57,787 nt of DNA from a virus (Duplodnaviria > Caudoviricetes): IMG/VR virus record IMGVR_UViG_3300017763_000019, positions 1-57,787 of that record. One strand, given 5' to 3'. Below, piece by piece: positions 28,895 to 38,454 of the stretch (positions within the stretch are counted from its first letter, which is position 1; every line of letters starts with the position of its first letter). The notes beneath the pieces are model-generated. The model did not search any database, was not told where the DNA came from, and worked only from the letters and a program-made list of their open reading frames with translations. Both the position numbers and the translations under genes were made by a program.

Positions 28895-31867
28895 ATGTCA
28901 CTTACAATCGTAACAAGTGGTGGATTGTCCGCAGTTAATATATCAGATGGGTATCCAGTATTTTCAGTTAAATATTTTTTACCAATCTATGATCAGAGTA
29001 TAGATCCAGTAATACATAGCACAGATAATAGTATTGTAACAAGTGCGGTACCATTATCGGGTGCTAGTTTAGTTTCAACAACACATAATACACTCACCGG
29101 AGAAAAGATTTGGAACTTTGACACTAGTACATCGGCTTATATAATATCAGATGATAATTTTCATATGTACAAAGATACGGGTGGTTCATTTTCGTTAAAT
29201 ACTTACACTAATAGTACAATGTCAAACAGTACCACTGTAAATTTACTTAGTGGTGCTGATGGTATTCATCCTTTATCAGATATTGTTTCTGGTAATGAAA
29301 CACCAACAATTACATCAGCTAATGCAGTTGATGGTTCAAATTTTATTTGGTCAACAACACCTAACGCAACGGTGTCAGCCAATAATAATAATGTTCTTGC
29401 ACTAAATTACCAAAATCTTTGGGATGGTGTATCTTATACACCTTCAACTAACGACTTAGATCCATTATCTGCTACAGCCGCATTGTTTCACTGTACAATA
29501 CCTAATAGTTCGGGCGACTTCAAATTTAATAAAGTAGCATTGTATGTACAAAAAGTATTACCAACTGGAGCTTCAGATACTAACGAACCCCCTATACTAT
29601 TTGGTGTGTCTGTTTTAAACAACACAATAGAAGTGACGAATGATGTTGATGGAGTACAAAACTTTACATTAGATGTTAAACTACAATTTAGTGTGGACAA
29701 CTTAACAACAAATACAGTATATTATGATAGTGACTATTGGTATAAACTACCCCCAGCTGTTTCATCACCATATGGATTGTTTGCAGTAGGGGATGTAGCA
29801 ATTGGTACATCCGCTAATAATGGTTCATGGAATCCTAATGCTAAACTACATTTAACTGACAGTGAAAAGCCTCAGTTAATTTTGAGTAAGACATATCATA
29901 GTGATCAGGCCGTATTTGAAATGCAGGACAATGGTGGTTTACGCATTACCACGTCAGCCGGTGGACCTTTGTTGTCTGTTGGATTAGAAACATCTGCAAT
30001 TGGTAATTATTCAATAGCGTCTGGACAAGAAACTTCAGCATCAGGTACTCATTCATTCGCGAGTGGTTATCAAACATTAGCCGGTGGTGATCAATCATTT
30101 ACTTTTGGTACATTTACTAGTGCTGATGGGCGTAGAGCTGTTTCATTTGGTAACACTACTAGAGCATCAGGTGCAAATTCAATAGCGTCTGGATATCAAT
30201 CAGAAGCACATGGTGAAGCATCATATGCATTGGGTTATCAAACAACTGCTAGGGGTTATTATTCAACAGCGTTAGGTCAAAAAACAAGTGCTGTTAATGT
30301 TGGTTGCGTAGCAATGGGTAGAGAAACATCAGCTATTGGTAATTATTCAACAGCGTTGGGAAAAACAACACAAGCGAATGGAGACCATTCGCTTGCCGGT
30401 GGATTTGAAACCTGTGCTGTAGGTGATGAATCCTTTACTTTTGGTAAATCTACTACTGCTTTTGGCCATAGAGCTACTGCTTTTGGTAACACTACTAGAG
30501 CATATGGTGTAAATTCACTTACTCAGGGTATTAATACTTATGCTTATGCTCCACAATCAGTAGCATTTGGTGATGACGTTAGAGTTGGTATAGAGACTGT
30601 GGGGGAAGCGTTTAATACTCTTGCAATAGGTAAAAATAACTGGGCTAGAGGCAATCAAACAATTATGGGTGGAAGTAATAACAATACTACTGATACTTCT
30701 CACAATTCATTAATAGCTGGTGAAGATAATAGAATTGGTTCTGATGGCACTAATAAAAATGCTTTTATTGTTGGTCAAGACAATAAAGTGTTTGCTAGTC
30801 AAACTGCAATAATGGGTAGTGAAAACTTAGCTTATGGCCAAAACTCTTTTGTTGGTGGTTTTGGATCCCAAACAGGACTAATTGGTTCTGCTAATTCGAC
30901 TGCTACTGGTGTTAATAGTATTGCATTTGGTTCAAATGTAAATGCTTATGGTGCTCAATCATTTGTATTTGGTAAAAGTTCTCTTGCATCAAATGATGAA
31001 TCAATAGCATTTGGTTTGAACAATCGATCTGAAGGAATTCAATCAGCAGTTTTTGGCTCATCTGTAACTGCAGAAGGTGAGCAGTCTTTTGCAATTGGTA
31101 GTGGTTCTACTGCAAAAGGTAATAAGTCCTTTGCTGGTGGTTCTGGTTCAATCTCTAATGGTAATATGTCTTTTGCATTTGGCAATCAATGTGTTGCAAC
31201 TGGAATAGGCTCACAATCTTTTGGTGATGGAACAATAACGACAGGTAATTATTCACAAGCGTTTGGTGAAAACAATCAAGCTTTAGCAGGACATGCTCAA
31301 GCATTTGGAGAAAACACTATTGCATCCGCTAACTATTCCCATACTTTTGGAAAGGATGTTAGTGCGAGTAATAGAGCAGAATTCGCATATGGTACAGGCA
31401 AATTTACAGGAGGTACAGGTTCTGGTCATGCACAAGTTTCAAGAGTGACAATGTCTGATGAACTAGCTACTGCAGGTAGTTCTTTCACTTTAACCATAAA
31501 TAACATAACTGCTAATGGTTTTAAACCCTTGGCTGGCACGGTTGGAATGGCAAAAATCGATCTTATTATAGTTGACCAATTCGGTCTTATTGGTGAGACT
31601 TTTACTGCTTCAAATGCATACAGATGCGCTACCGACGGTACAGTCTCTCTCGATCTGAGTGAACAGCGTAACCCAGCATCGGGTGGATTTGGTCATTCTA
31701 GAACCCTTGGACCCTCAACTCCATCTATCAACGTAGCGGTGGCGGAGACTAAATGGCAAGTCCAGAGTAATAGTTTAGTTTTTATAGTCAAAACAAATAC
31801 AGCAGCTGGCCAGTATTCTCGTGCTTTTGGGGAAGCTAAGTTTATCCAACTTGCTCATCATACATAA
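28895..31867 (+). CDS. Tail fibre / adhesin with YadA-head (Hep_Hag)-like repeats
   Basis: N-terminal baseplate-anchor motif GDFKFNKVALY...LFG; many 14-aa repeats SxAxGxxTxAxGxx. Confidence 0.8.
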   Translation: MSLTIVTSGGLSAVNISDGYPVFSVKYFLPIYDQSIDPVIHSTDNSIVTSAVPLSGASLVSTTHNTLTGEKIWNFDTSTSAYIISDDNFHMYKDTGGSFSLNTYTNSTMSNSTTVNLLSGADGIHPLSDIVSGNETPTITSANAVDGSNFIWSTTPNATVSANNNNVLALNYQNLWDGVSYTPSTNDLDPLSATAALFHCTIPNSSGDFKFNKVALYVQKVLPTGASDTNEPPILFGVSVLNNTIEVTNDVDGVQNFTLDVKLQFSVDNLTTNTVYYDSDYWYKLPPAVSSPYGLFAVGDVAIGTSANNGSWNPNAKLHLTDSEKPQLILSKTYHSDQAVFEMQDNGGLRITTSAGGPLLSVGLETSAIGNYSIASGQETSASGTHSFASGYQTLAGGDQSFTFGTFTSADGRRAVSFGNTTRASGANSIASGYQSEAHGEASYALGYQTTARGYYSTALGQKTSAVNVGCVAMGRETSAIGNYSTALGKTTQANGDHSLAGGFETCAVGDESFTFGKSTTAFGHRATAFGNTTRAYGVNSLTQGINTYAYAPQSVAFGDDVRVGIETVGEAFNTLAIGKNNWARGNQTIMGGSNNNTTDTSHNSLIAGEDNRIGSDGTNKNAFIVGQDNKVFASQTAIMGSENLAYGQNSFVGGFGSQTGLIGSANSTATGVNSIAFGSNVNAYGAQSFVFGKSSLASNDESIAFGLNNRSEGIQSAVFGSSVTAEGEQSFAIGSGSTAKGNKSFAGGSGSISNGNMSFAFGNQCVATGIGSQSFGDGTITTGNYSQAFGENNQALAGHAQAFGENTIASANYSHTFGKDVSASNRAEFAYGTGKFTGGTGSGHAQVSRVTMSDELATAGSSFTLTINNITANGFKPLAGTVGMAKIDLIIVDQFGLIGETFTASNAYRCATDGTVSLDLSEQRNPASGGFGHSRTLGPSTPSINVAVAETKWQVQSNSLVFIVKTNTAAGQYSRAFGEAKFIQLAHHT

Positions 31868-31882
31868 AAAAATATAATCTAC

Positions 31883-31915
31883 AAAAAAGGAGACTTCTAA
31901 AGTCTCCTTTTTTTT
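31883..31915 (+). terminator. Bidirectional intrinsic terminator ending the structural module
   Basis: AAAAAAGGAGACTT-CTA-AAGTCTCCTTTTTTTT. Confidence 0.85.
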
Positions 31916-31922
31916 GTTGGTG

Positions 31923-31952
31923 TTGACAAATAAATTAAATTAATATATATTT
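31923..31952 (+). promoter_or_regulatory. Sigma70-type early promoter; copy 1 of an exact 30-bp repeat
   Basis: TTGACA-N17-TATATT; identical to 35696-35725. Confidence 0.85.
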
Positions 31953-32029
31953 GTTATAGAAGCATTAAAATATGTAAATAAATTATAACTTTATATATAT
32001 TTAAAGTTCGTATTTAATTGAGGGTGTAT

Positions 32030-32575
32030 ATGAGAAAAAAGGTAAAAATTAAAAGAAAAGATGCAATAGTTCTTTATAATCTGTTCGCAAATGCTAAAGG
32101 TAATTTTAGTGAACAGTTTGCATATTGCATACAAGAAAATCTATTATTGATGTCATCTTTTTATGATGAGATGGTAATATTAGAACAATCCATTGTACCT
32201 ACCGAACGCTACAAGAAATTTATGCGTGAAAAGGTAGAACTGTCTAGAGAATGTTCACAATTGAATGAAAAAGGTCAGATTTTAATGCAAGAGGATGGAA
32301 CACCATTATTCAAATCTTATGAATCAATTGAGAAATTTAGAGATAATTTTAGAAGTTTAGTTGCTGAATATCAGGATGATGTAATAGAATATGATACTTC
32401 TGTTAATCGTTTGAGTGAAATTAAATCTGAAAAAATAGAAATGTCAATTTTCCAAGTACCCATTGAATTTATTCCAAACATAGATTTAGAAAATAGAAAT
32501 CTATTGACTAAATATATTTGTAGTGATTCTAAAGATATTATTGAACAAAGGCTATTTGGAAATGTTGTTAAATAA
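32030..32575 (+). CDS. Hypothetical protein
   Basis: ATG 32030 after GAGG; first gene of the island. Confidence 0.65.
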   Translation: MRKKVKIKRKDAIVLYNLFANAKGNFSEQFAYCIQENLLLMSSFYDEMVILEQSIVPTERYKKFMREKVELSRECSQLNEKGQILMQEDGTPLFKSYESIEKFRDNFRSLVAEYQDDVIEYDTSVNRLSEIKSEKIEMSIFQVPIEFIPNIDLENRNLLTKYICSDSKDIIEQRLFGNVVK

Positions 32576-33233
32576 TATATCGCTTACCACAACTTGTATG
32601 GATAGAAATGATTTTTTAGAAGAATCATTAGAAACGTGGGTTCAATTTGATTTTGGTGAGATTGTTATAATTGATTGGTCATCTAAAGAAAGTCTTAGGG
32701 ATATTGTAAGTAAATATCCTAATAAAAAAATTAAATTGGTTGAAGTTAAGAATGAAGATTATTATCATTATTCACGTGCAAGAAACTTCAAAGTTAAAAT
32801 GACAGAATTAGATTATGTTATGTCGATTGATTGTGATGTTAAATTGAAGAAGAATCTTTTTGATAACATAGAACTTAAAAAAGATACTTTCTATACAACA
32901 GTAATTGATAATCCAATTACTGGAATTATTGGTACTTCTATAATACCAAGAGAAATGTATTTTAGTGTTAATGGTTGTAATGAGAAAATGTCTTGTTGGG
33001 GTTCTGAAGACATAGATTTGTATAAACGATTAATTGGAAATGGTTTTAATAGGAAAATGCTAAATCCATTAGAAGTGTCACATATTGAACATGGTGATGA
33101 ATTAAGAATAAAAAATACTAAGAGTAAAGATAAATGGAGATCAAATTCTAAAAATAACTTAATTGCTGAATTATATGAAAATGATACAGATCTAAGTCAA
33201 ATTATAGAAGACTATGAGGTTACTAGAATATGA
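32562..33233 (+). CDS. Glycosyltransferase, GT-A fold (GT2/GT7-like)
   Basis: IVIIDWSS, ARN, IDCD (DxD), GCNEKMSCWGSEDIDL. Confidence 0.85.
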   Translation: MLLNNISLTTTCMDRNDFLEESLETWVQFDFGEIVIIDWSSKESLRDIVSKYPNKKIKLVEVKNEDYYHYSRARNFKVKMTELDYVMSIDCDVKLKKNLFDNIELKKDTFYTTVIDNPITGIIGTSIIPREMYFSVNGCNEKMSCWGSEDIDLYKRLIGNGFNRKMLNPLEVSHIEHGDELRIKNTKSKDKWRSNSKNNLIAELYENDTDLSQIIEDYEVTRI

Positions 33234-34435
33234 AATTATCTATTTTAATTTGTACATTAGAAAGTCGTGTAGAACAACTACAAATAATTCTAAAAGTATT
33301 ACAAAGGCAATCTAATAAAGATGTTGAAATTCTTATTGAAAGTGATAATGGAGAATTATCTACCGGTTCTAAAAGACAAAAATTATTAGAACGTGCAATA
33401 GGTGATTACATTTGCTATGTGGATGATGATGATATGGTTTCCAATAATTATGTGGATTCTATATTGAATGCAATTTCATACAAACCAGATTGTGTAGGTA
33501 TTATAGTTGAAAAACGTAAAGATGATTTACCTTATCGAAAAGTAGTTAAAACAACTCAAACATTGAAAAATCAGTGGATTTGGAATTTTAACGAAAAGAC
33601 AAATACTCAATCAATGATTCCTGACCATTTAACACCAGTTAAGCGTGAAATTGCACTTAAAGTTGGATTTAAGGATATTAGTAAGGGTGAAGATACAGTT
33701 TATTCCATTGGAATTATAGAGTATTTAAAAACAGAAATCTTTATTGATACGCCAATCTATTTGTATGATCTCAAAACTACCAAGAAATTATATGAAAATG
33801 TAGAAAACAATCCAAAAGTTACTGCAATTACAATTACTAAAGATAGAGTTGATTTTGTAAAACAAAGCATTGGTTACTTCAAAGATCAAACACATAAAAA
33901 TACAGAAATGATTATTGTTTGTCATGGTAATTCTGAAACTAAAAAAGAATTGAGTGCCTTTGTTAAATCTGAAACAAATATTAAATTTATTGAAGTTAAA
34001 GATGAAGTAACTAAAGGTTATATGATTAATATAGCAATTAAAGAGTCTAACAGTGACTATTGCATACAATGGGATGATGATGACTACCATTCACCAAAAA
34101 GAATTGAACAGCAATTAATACCAATACAATATAATGTTGCAGATGTAACAACACTAGCAACATTCAAAATGGATAATGGTGAACTTGTAAAAGATGTTCT
34201 TTGGTGTGATGGATTAGATGGAACTATGTTGTGGAAAAACACTGGTGTACTTTCACCAGAAGTTACACGCGGACATGATACTGCATTTATGCAAGTTTTA
34301 AAATCTAAATATAGAACATTAAAAATTTATGATGATTATTCCACCTATACATATTTTATTCACGATATGCAAATGTATAGCAAAAAAGAAATATTTAATA
34401 CTGTTACTGCACCATACAAAGTTGTTAAAAAATAA
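33230..34435 (+). CDS. Two-domain GT2 glycosyltransferase
   Basis: KLSILICT..YVDDDD..GED followed by a second domain KVTAITIT..QWDDDDYH. Confidence 0.88.
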   Translation: MKLSILICTLESRVEQLQIILKVLQRQSNKDVEILIESDNGELSTGSKRQKLLERAIGDYICYVDDDDMVSNNYVDSILNAISYKPDCVGIIVEKRKDDLPYRKVVKTTQTLKNQWIWNFNEKTNTQSMIPDHLTPVKREIALKVGFKDISKGEDTVYSIGIIEYLKTEIFIDTPIYLYDLKTTKKLYENVENNPKVTAITITKDRVDFVKQSIGYFKDQTHKNTEMIIVCHGNSETKKELSAFVKSETNIKFIEVKDEVTKGYMINIAIKESNSDYCIQWDDDDYHSPKRIEQQLIPIQYNVADVTTLATFKMDNGELVKDVLWCDGLDGTMLWKNTGVLSPEVTRGHDTAFMQVLKSKYRTLKIYDDYSTYTYFIHDMQMYSKKEIFNTVTAPYKVVKK

Positions 34436-34440
34436 AAAAA

Positions 34441-34469
34441 ATGACATTAAATATAAAAATATATATTAT
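34441..34469 (+). promoter_or_regulatory. Putative sigma70-type promoter for sqdB
   Basis: ATGACA-N17-TATTAT. Confidence 0.45.
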
Positions 34470-34501
34470 ATTTTATATAGAAATATTTGTAAGGAGTGTA
34501 A

Positions 34502-35644
34502 ATGAGTAAAATTATGACAAAGAAAATATTAGTATTGGGATCTAAAGGCTACATTGGACAGTCTTTATTACACCATTTAGTAAATAATGGTCATGAAGTA
34601 ATTGGAATTGATAGCGGAATCAAAGAAAAGCAAATGGAAAATTTGGGTGTAAAATCTCTTTTTGAACCTATTTCTTCAAACCATACTAAAATTTCAAAAT
34701 TACAAAAATGGTTACAAACTCCATTTCCTCTAGATGTTCGAGATTATGAAGAATTAAGAAAAGTCGTGAAGGTTTTTAAACCAGATGTTATTGTTCATTT
34801 GGCAGAACAACCATCAGCACCTTATTCAGAAATTGACATGGAAAAATCACATGAAACATTAATGAACAATGTGGAGACAACTTTTAATGTTGCTAGAGTT
34901 GTAAAAGAAGTCGTTCCTGAATGCCATATCGTAAAACTTGGTACAATGGGAGAATATGGTAATCCAAATATTGATATAGAAGAAGGATATTTGGATGTGG
35001 AGCATAATGGAAGAAAGGAAACTTTTCTTTATCCACGTTCTGCAAACTCTCTTTATCATACCAGTAAAATAATGGACACTGATTTATTATCATATTATTG
35101 TAGAGTCCATCGTTTGCGAGTTAGTGACATAATGCAAGGCCCAGTATATGGGTTTGATACAGACACTGCTAGAACTTCCTTTTATTATGATGATGTTTTT
35201 GGAACTGTTTTAAATAGATTTTTGGTGCAGGCTATTGTTGGTGAGCCATTGAGTATATATGGATCTGGAGGACAAACTAAAGGATTTATAAATTTGAAAG
35301 ACGTAATGAAATGTGTGGAACTCATTATTAACAATCCAGCAGAAAAAGGCAAGCTAGAGATTTATAATCAATATACTGAAGTATATAGTGTGTTGGAATT
35401 GGCTGAAATGGTAAAAACTGCTGGTGATGAAATTGGATTAGATGTGAAAATTAATAACATTGATAATCCAAGAAAAGAACCCGAAGATCATTATTTTAAT
35501 CCTAAGAATGAAAAACTATTAGAATTGGGATTACAGCCTACAAAACTTAGCAAGGATATTATTCAAGATATGCTTGTGGAAATTGGAAAACATAAACTTA
35601 ATATTGATAAAAGTAAATTTTTACCTAATCATTCTTGGAAGTGA
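34502..35644 (+). CDS. sqdB: UDP-sulfoquinovose synthase (SqdB/SQD1/Agl3 family)
   Basis: GSKGYIG, HLAEQPSAPYS, VKLGTMGEYG, PNIDIEEG, SLYHTSK, QGPVYG, FYYDDVFGTVLNRF, NPRKEPEDHY. Confidence 0.92.
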   Translation: MSKIMTKKILVLGSKGYIGQSLLHHLVNNGHEVIGIDSGIKEKQMENLGVKSLFEPISSNHTKISKLQKWLQTPFPLDVRDYEELRKVVKVFKPDVIVHLAEQPSAPYSEIDMEKSHETLMNNVETTFNVARVVKEVVPECHIVKLGTMGEYGNPNIDIEEGYLDVEHNGRKETFLYPRSANSLYHTSKIMDTDLLSYYCRVHRLRVSDIMQGPVYGFDTDTARTSFYYDDVFGTVLNRFLVQAIVGEPLSIYGSGGQTKGFINLKDVMKCVELIINNPAEKGKLEIYNQYTEVYSVLELAEMVKTAGDEIGLDVKINNIDNPRKEPEDHYFNPKNEKLLELGLQPTKLSKDIIQDMLVEIGKHKLNIDKSKFLPNHSWK

Positions 35645-35695
35645 TGGTATTATATAGTTATGAAAAAGTATTAGTAGTTGTAGATATTCGTGGTA

Positions 35696-35725
35696 TTGAC
35701 AAATAAATTAAATTAATATATATTT
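35696..35725 (+). promoter_or_regulatory. Sigma70-type early promoter; copy 2 of the exact 30-bp repeat
   Basis: TTGACAAATAAATTAAATTAATATATATTT. Confidence 0.85.
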
Positions 35726-35754
35726 ATGTTAAAGATTGAAAATGGAATTGAAAA

Positions 35755-36549
35755 ATGATTAAGATAATTTCAGGTTGGTCCAATCCGGGTGGTTCAACAA
35801 CAGCGTTTATAAACTTATGTAATCTATTTAATGAGAACGGGTATGATTGTACATTCTACGGACCACATGATTGGCACTTAGATAAGTGTAAGAGTGGAAA
35901 TTTTCAGGATATCAATTTGAAAAAGAAGGATGTACTTATATATCACTTTTTAGATATCTTTAAAACAAGACCTCCTGTAAAGAAATTTGTACTAAGTTTA
36001 CACGAAAAGGACTTGTACAATCTGAATGTTAAAGAACATAATATGTTTGATACAATACACTTCCTAAACGACAAACACATTGAATGGCATGGTGGTAAAG
36101 ACCAATTTAAAAACTACTTTATAAGTCCTAACGTAGTAGATAATCTAATGCCTTCACCAAAAAAAGACTTGAAAATTGGTGGAGTAATTGGTACGGTTGA
36201 TTATAACAAACAGACACATAAATCTATTGAACGAGCTTTGAATGATGGTTGTGAACAGGTTCATGTCTATGGTAATATAACAGACCAAACCTACTATCAG
36301 AAATATGTTAGTAAGTATCATATGTATGAGAATGTTCATTTTTCCGGATTTGCTGAGGACAAACAAGCTATGTATGATAGTGTGACAGATGTTTATCAGG
36401 ATTCGCTAAGTGAAACTTGGGGATATATTAAAGTGGAATGTGATTTAACTAATACTAACTACCACGGAAATGATTCTATAAAGGATAATTTTGTTAGTAT
36501 GGGTAGTAAAGGAATACTTGAGAAATGGGTAAAGGAACTTGAATTATGA
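35755..36549 (+). CDS. Glycosyltransferase, GT-B (GT4-like)
   Basis: PGGS..F, IGTVDYNKQTH, VHFSGF, SETWGYIKVE (Ex7E). Confidence 0.75.
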   Translation: MIKIISGWSNPGGSTTAFINLCNLFNENGYDCTFYGPHDWHLDKCKSGNFQDINLKKKDVLIYHFLDIFKTRPPVKKFVLSLHEKDLYNLNVKEHNMFDTIHFLNDKHIEWHGGKDQFKNYFISPNVVDNLMPSPKKDLKIGGVIGTVDYNKQTHKSIERALNDGCEQVHVYGNITDQTYYQKYVSKYHMYENVHFSGFAEDKQAMYDSVTDVYQDSLSETWGYIKVECDLTNTNYHGNDSIKDNFVSMGSKGILEKWVKELEL

Positions 36550-37340
36550 TATCGGTTGTAATGTCTTATTTTAATAGGAAACCACAATTAAGGGCTACAT
36601 TGAAAAGTATTGATATTTCAGGGATGAAAGATTTGGAAATTATCATTGTGGATGATTGTTCTGATTTGGAACACAAACTGGATAAGGACTTTTTAAACGA
36701 GTTTAAGGATTTGAAAATTAATGTTATAGAAATGAATCCAGAAAAGAAATGGTATAAAAATCCTTGTATTCCATATAATGTTGGTATAGCAGCTGTAACA
36801 GGTGATGTAACAGTATTACAGAATCCTGAGTGTATGCATTTTGGAGACATTCTAACAGAAATAGATAACAATTTACAGGAAAATGAATATATTTCGTTTC
36901 CAACATACTCATTAAGTAAAGATCAAACTGACACAATATTAAATTTGGAATTTGATAAGAACTTTCATGGTAATGTAGTAGAATGTGTAAGTCCAATTTC
37001 AAGTTCACCTGCCAACCACTACGCCGAAGGATGGTATAATCATTCAACGATAAAACCATTATTTTATCATTTTTGTTGTGCGGTAAATACTAAACATTTA
37101 AAAGAAATGGGAGGTTTTGATGAAAGGTATGCTGAAGGTATATCATATGATGACGACGAACTTGTTATTAGATTGAAAAGAAAAGGTTTGAAAATGTTTA
37201 TACCTATGTCACCAATTGTTTTTCATTTATTTCACGAAAAGTTTATGTTTAGGGATGGAAATTTTATGGAGTATGTATATAAAAATATGGCATTATTGGA
37301 AGTGACAAAGAAAGAAGAGGGGTGGAAAGTAAATGAATAA
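36546..37340 (+). CDS. Glycosyltransferase GT2
   Basis: ISVVMSYFNR, IIIVDDCS, GGFDERY...YDDDE. Confidence 0.88.
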   Translation: MISVVMSYFNRKPQLRATLKSIDISGMKDLEIIIVDDCSDLEHKLDKDFLNEFKDLKINVIEMNPEKKWYKNPCIPYNVGIAAVTGDVTVLQNPECMHFGDILTEIDNNLQENEYISFPTYSLSKDQTDTILNLEFDKNFHGNVVECVSPISSSPANHYAEGWYNHSTIKPLFYHFCCAVNTKHLKEMGGFDERYAEGISYDDDELVIRLKRKGLKMFIPMSPIVFHLFHEKFMFRDGNFMEYVYKNMALLEVTKKEEGWKVNE

Positions 37341-38454
37341 GCTTAAAGTAATGACAATAGTTGGTACTAGACCAGAGTTGATTAGACTGTCTTGTATTTT
37401 AAAAGAATTGGAAAAGTATGTTGAGAGTGTTTTAGTACATACTGGGCAAAACTATGACTATGAGTTAAACGAAATATTTTTTGATGATTTGGACATTACT
37501 AAACCAAAGTATTATTTTGATATAAAGACTACATCAGTAGCAACTGCGTATTCAGATGTTTTGTTGAACACTGAAAAGATTCTAACTAAGGAAAAACCTG
37601 ACGCTATTATGATTTTGGGTGACACTAACAGTGCAATATCAGCACTTATCGCAAGACGTATGAAAATACCTATATATCATTTAGAGGCTGGGAATAGAAG
37701 TTTTGATGATAACATACCAGAGGAAATTAATAGAAGGGTTATTGACCATATAAGTGATTTCAACTTGGCTTATACTGAACACTCAAGAAGAAATTTGCTC
37801 AACGAGGGTTGTCATCCAAGAGATACTTTTGTTATAGGTTCACCTTTACGTGAAGTATACAATCAATATAAGACTAAGATCGAACATTCTAAGGTTCTTA
37901 AACAGTATGATTTGGAAAAGGGTAATTACTTTCTAGTAAGTACACATCGAGAAGAAAATGTGGATAGTGAGGAAAAGCTAAGGGATATTATATGTAGTAT
38001 AAATGCTGTCTCCAAAAAGTTTGATAAGAAAGTAATTTTTAGTTTACATCCAAGAACAAAAAAACGCTTAGAAAGTATTGAAATTGATACAAAAAATATT
38101 ATATTTACTAAACCATTGTCGTATACGGATTATTGTAATTTACAAACAAATTCATTTTGTGTACTGTCTGACAGTGGTACTATTAGTGAGGAATCGAGTA
38201 TCATGAATTTTCCAGCAGTAACTATTAGAAATAGTATGGAACGACCTGAAGCACTGGATGCTGGGTCTATTGTTTTGTCTGGAATTAAAAAGGATGCTGT
38301 TTTAACATCCGTAAATATTGTTACTCAAAATTTTAATAAAAGAGAATGTCCTCATGATTATATAAGTGATAATGTTTCAAACAAAGTTATTAGTTTAATT
38401 GTGGGTACTTGTGGGTTAAGGGATAAGTGGAAGGGGATTGAAGTTGAAAAATAA
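37333..38454 (+). CDS. Non-hydrolysing UDP-HexNAc 2-epimerase (FnlC/WbjD/QnlB type)
   Basis: GTRPELIRLS, HTGQNYDYELNEIFF, GDTNS, HLEAGNRS, PEEINR, SDSGTISEES, ERPE. Confidence 0.9.
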   Translation: MNKLKVMTIVGTRPELIRLSCILKELEKYVESVLVHTGQNYDYELNEIFFDDLDITKPKYYFDIKTTSVATAYSDVLLNTEKILTKEKPDAIMILGDTNSAISALIARRMKIPIYHLEAGNRSFDDNIPEEINRRVIDHISDFNLAYTEHSRRNLLNEGCHPRDTFVIGSPLREVYNQYKTKIEHSKVLKQYDLEKGNYFLVSTHREENVDSEEKLRDIICSINAVSKKFDKKVIFSLHPRTKKRLESIEIDTKNIIFTKPLSYTDYCNLQTNSFCVLSDSGTISEESSIMNFPAVTIRNSMERPEALDAGSIVLSGIKKDAVLTSVNIVTQNFNKRECPHDYISDNVSNKVISLIVGTCGLRDKWKGIEVEK

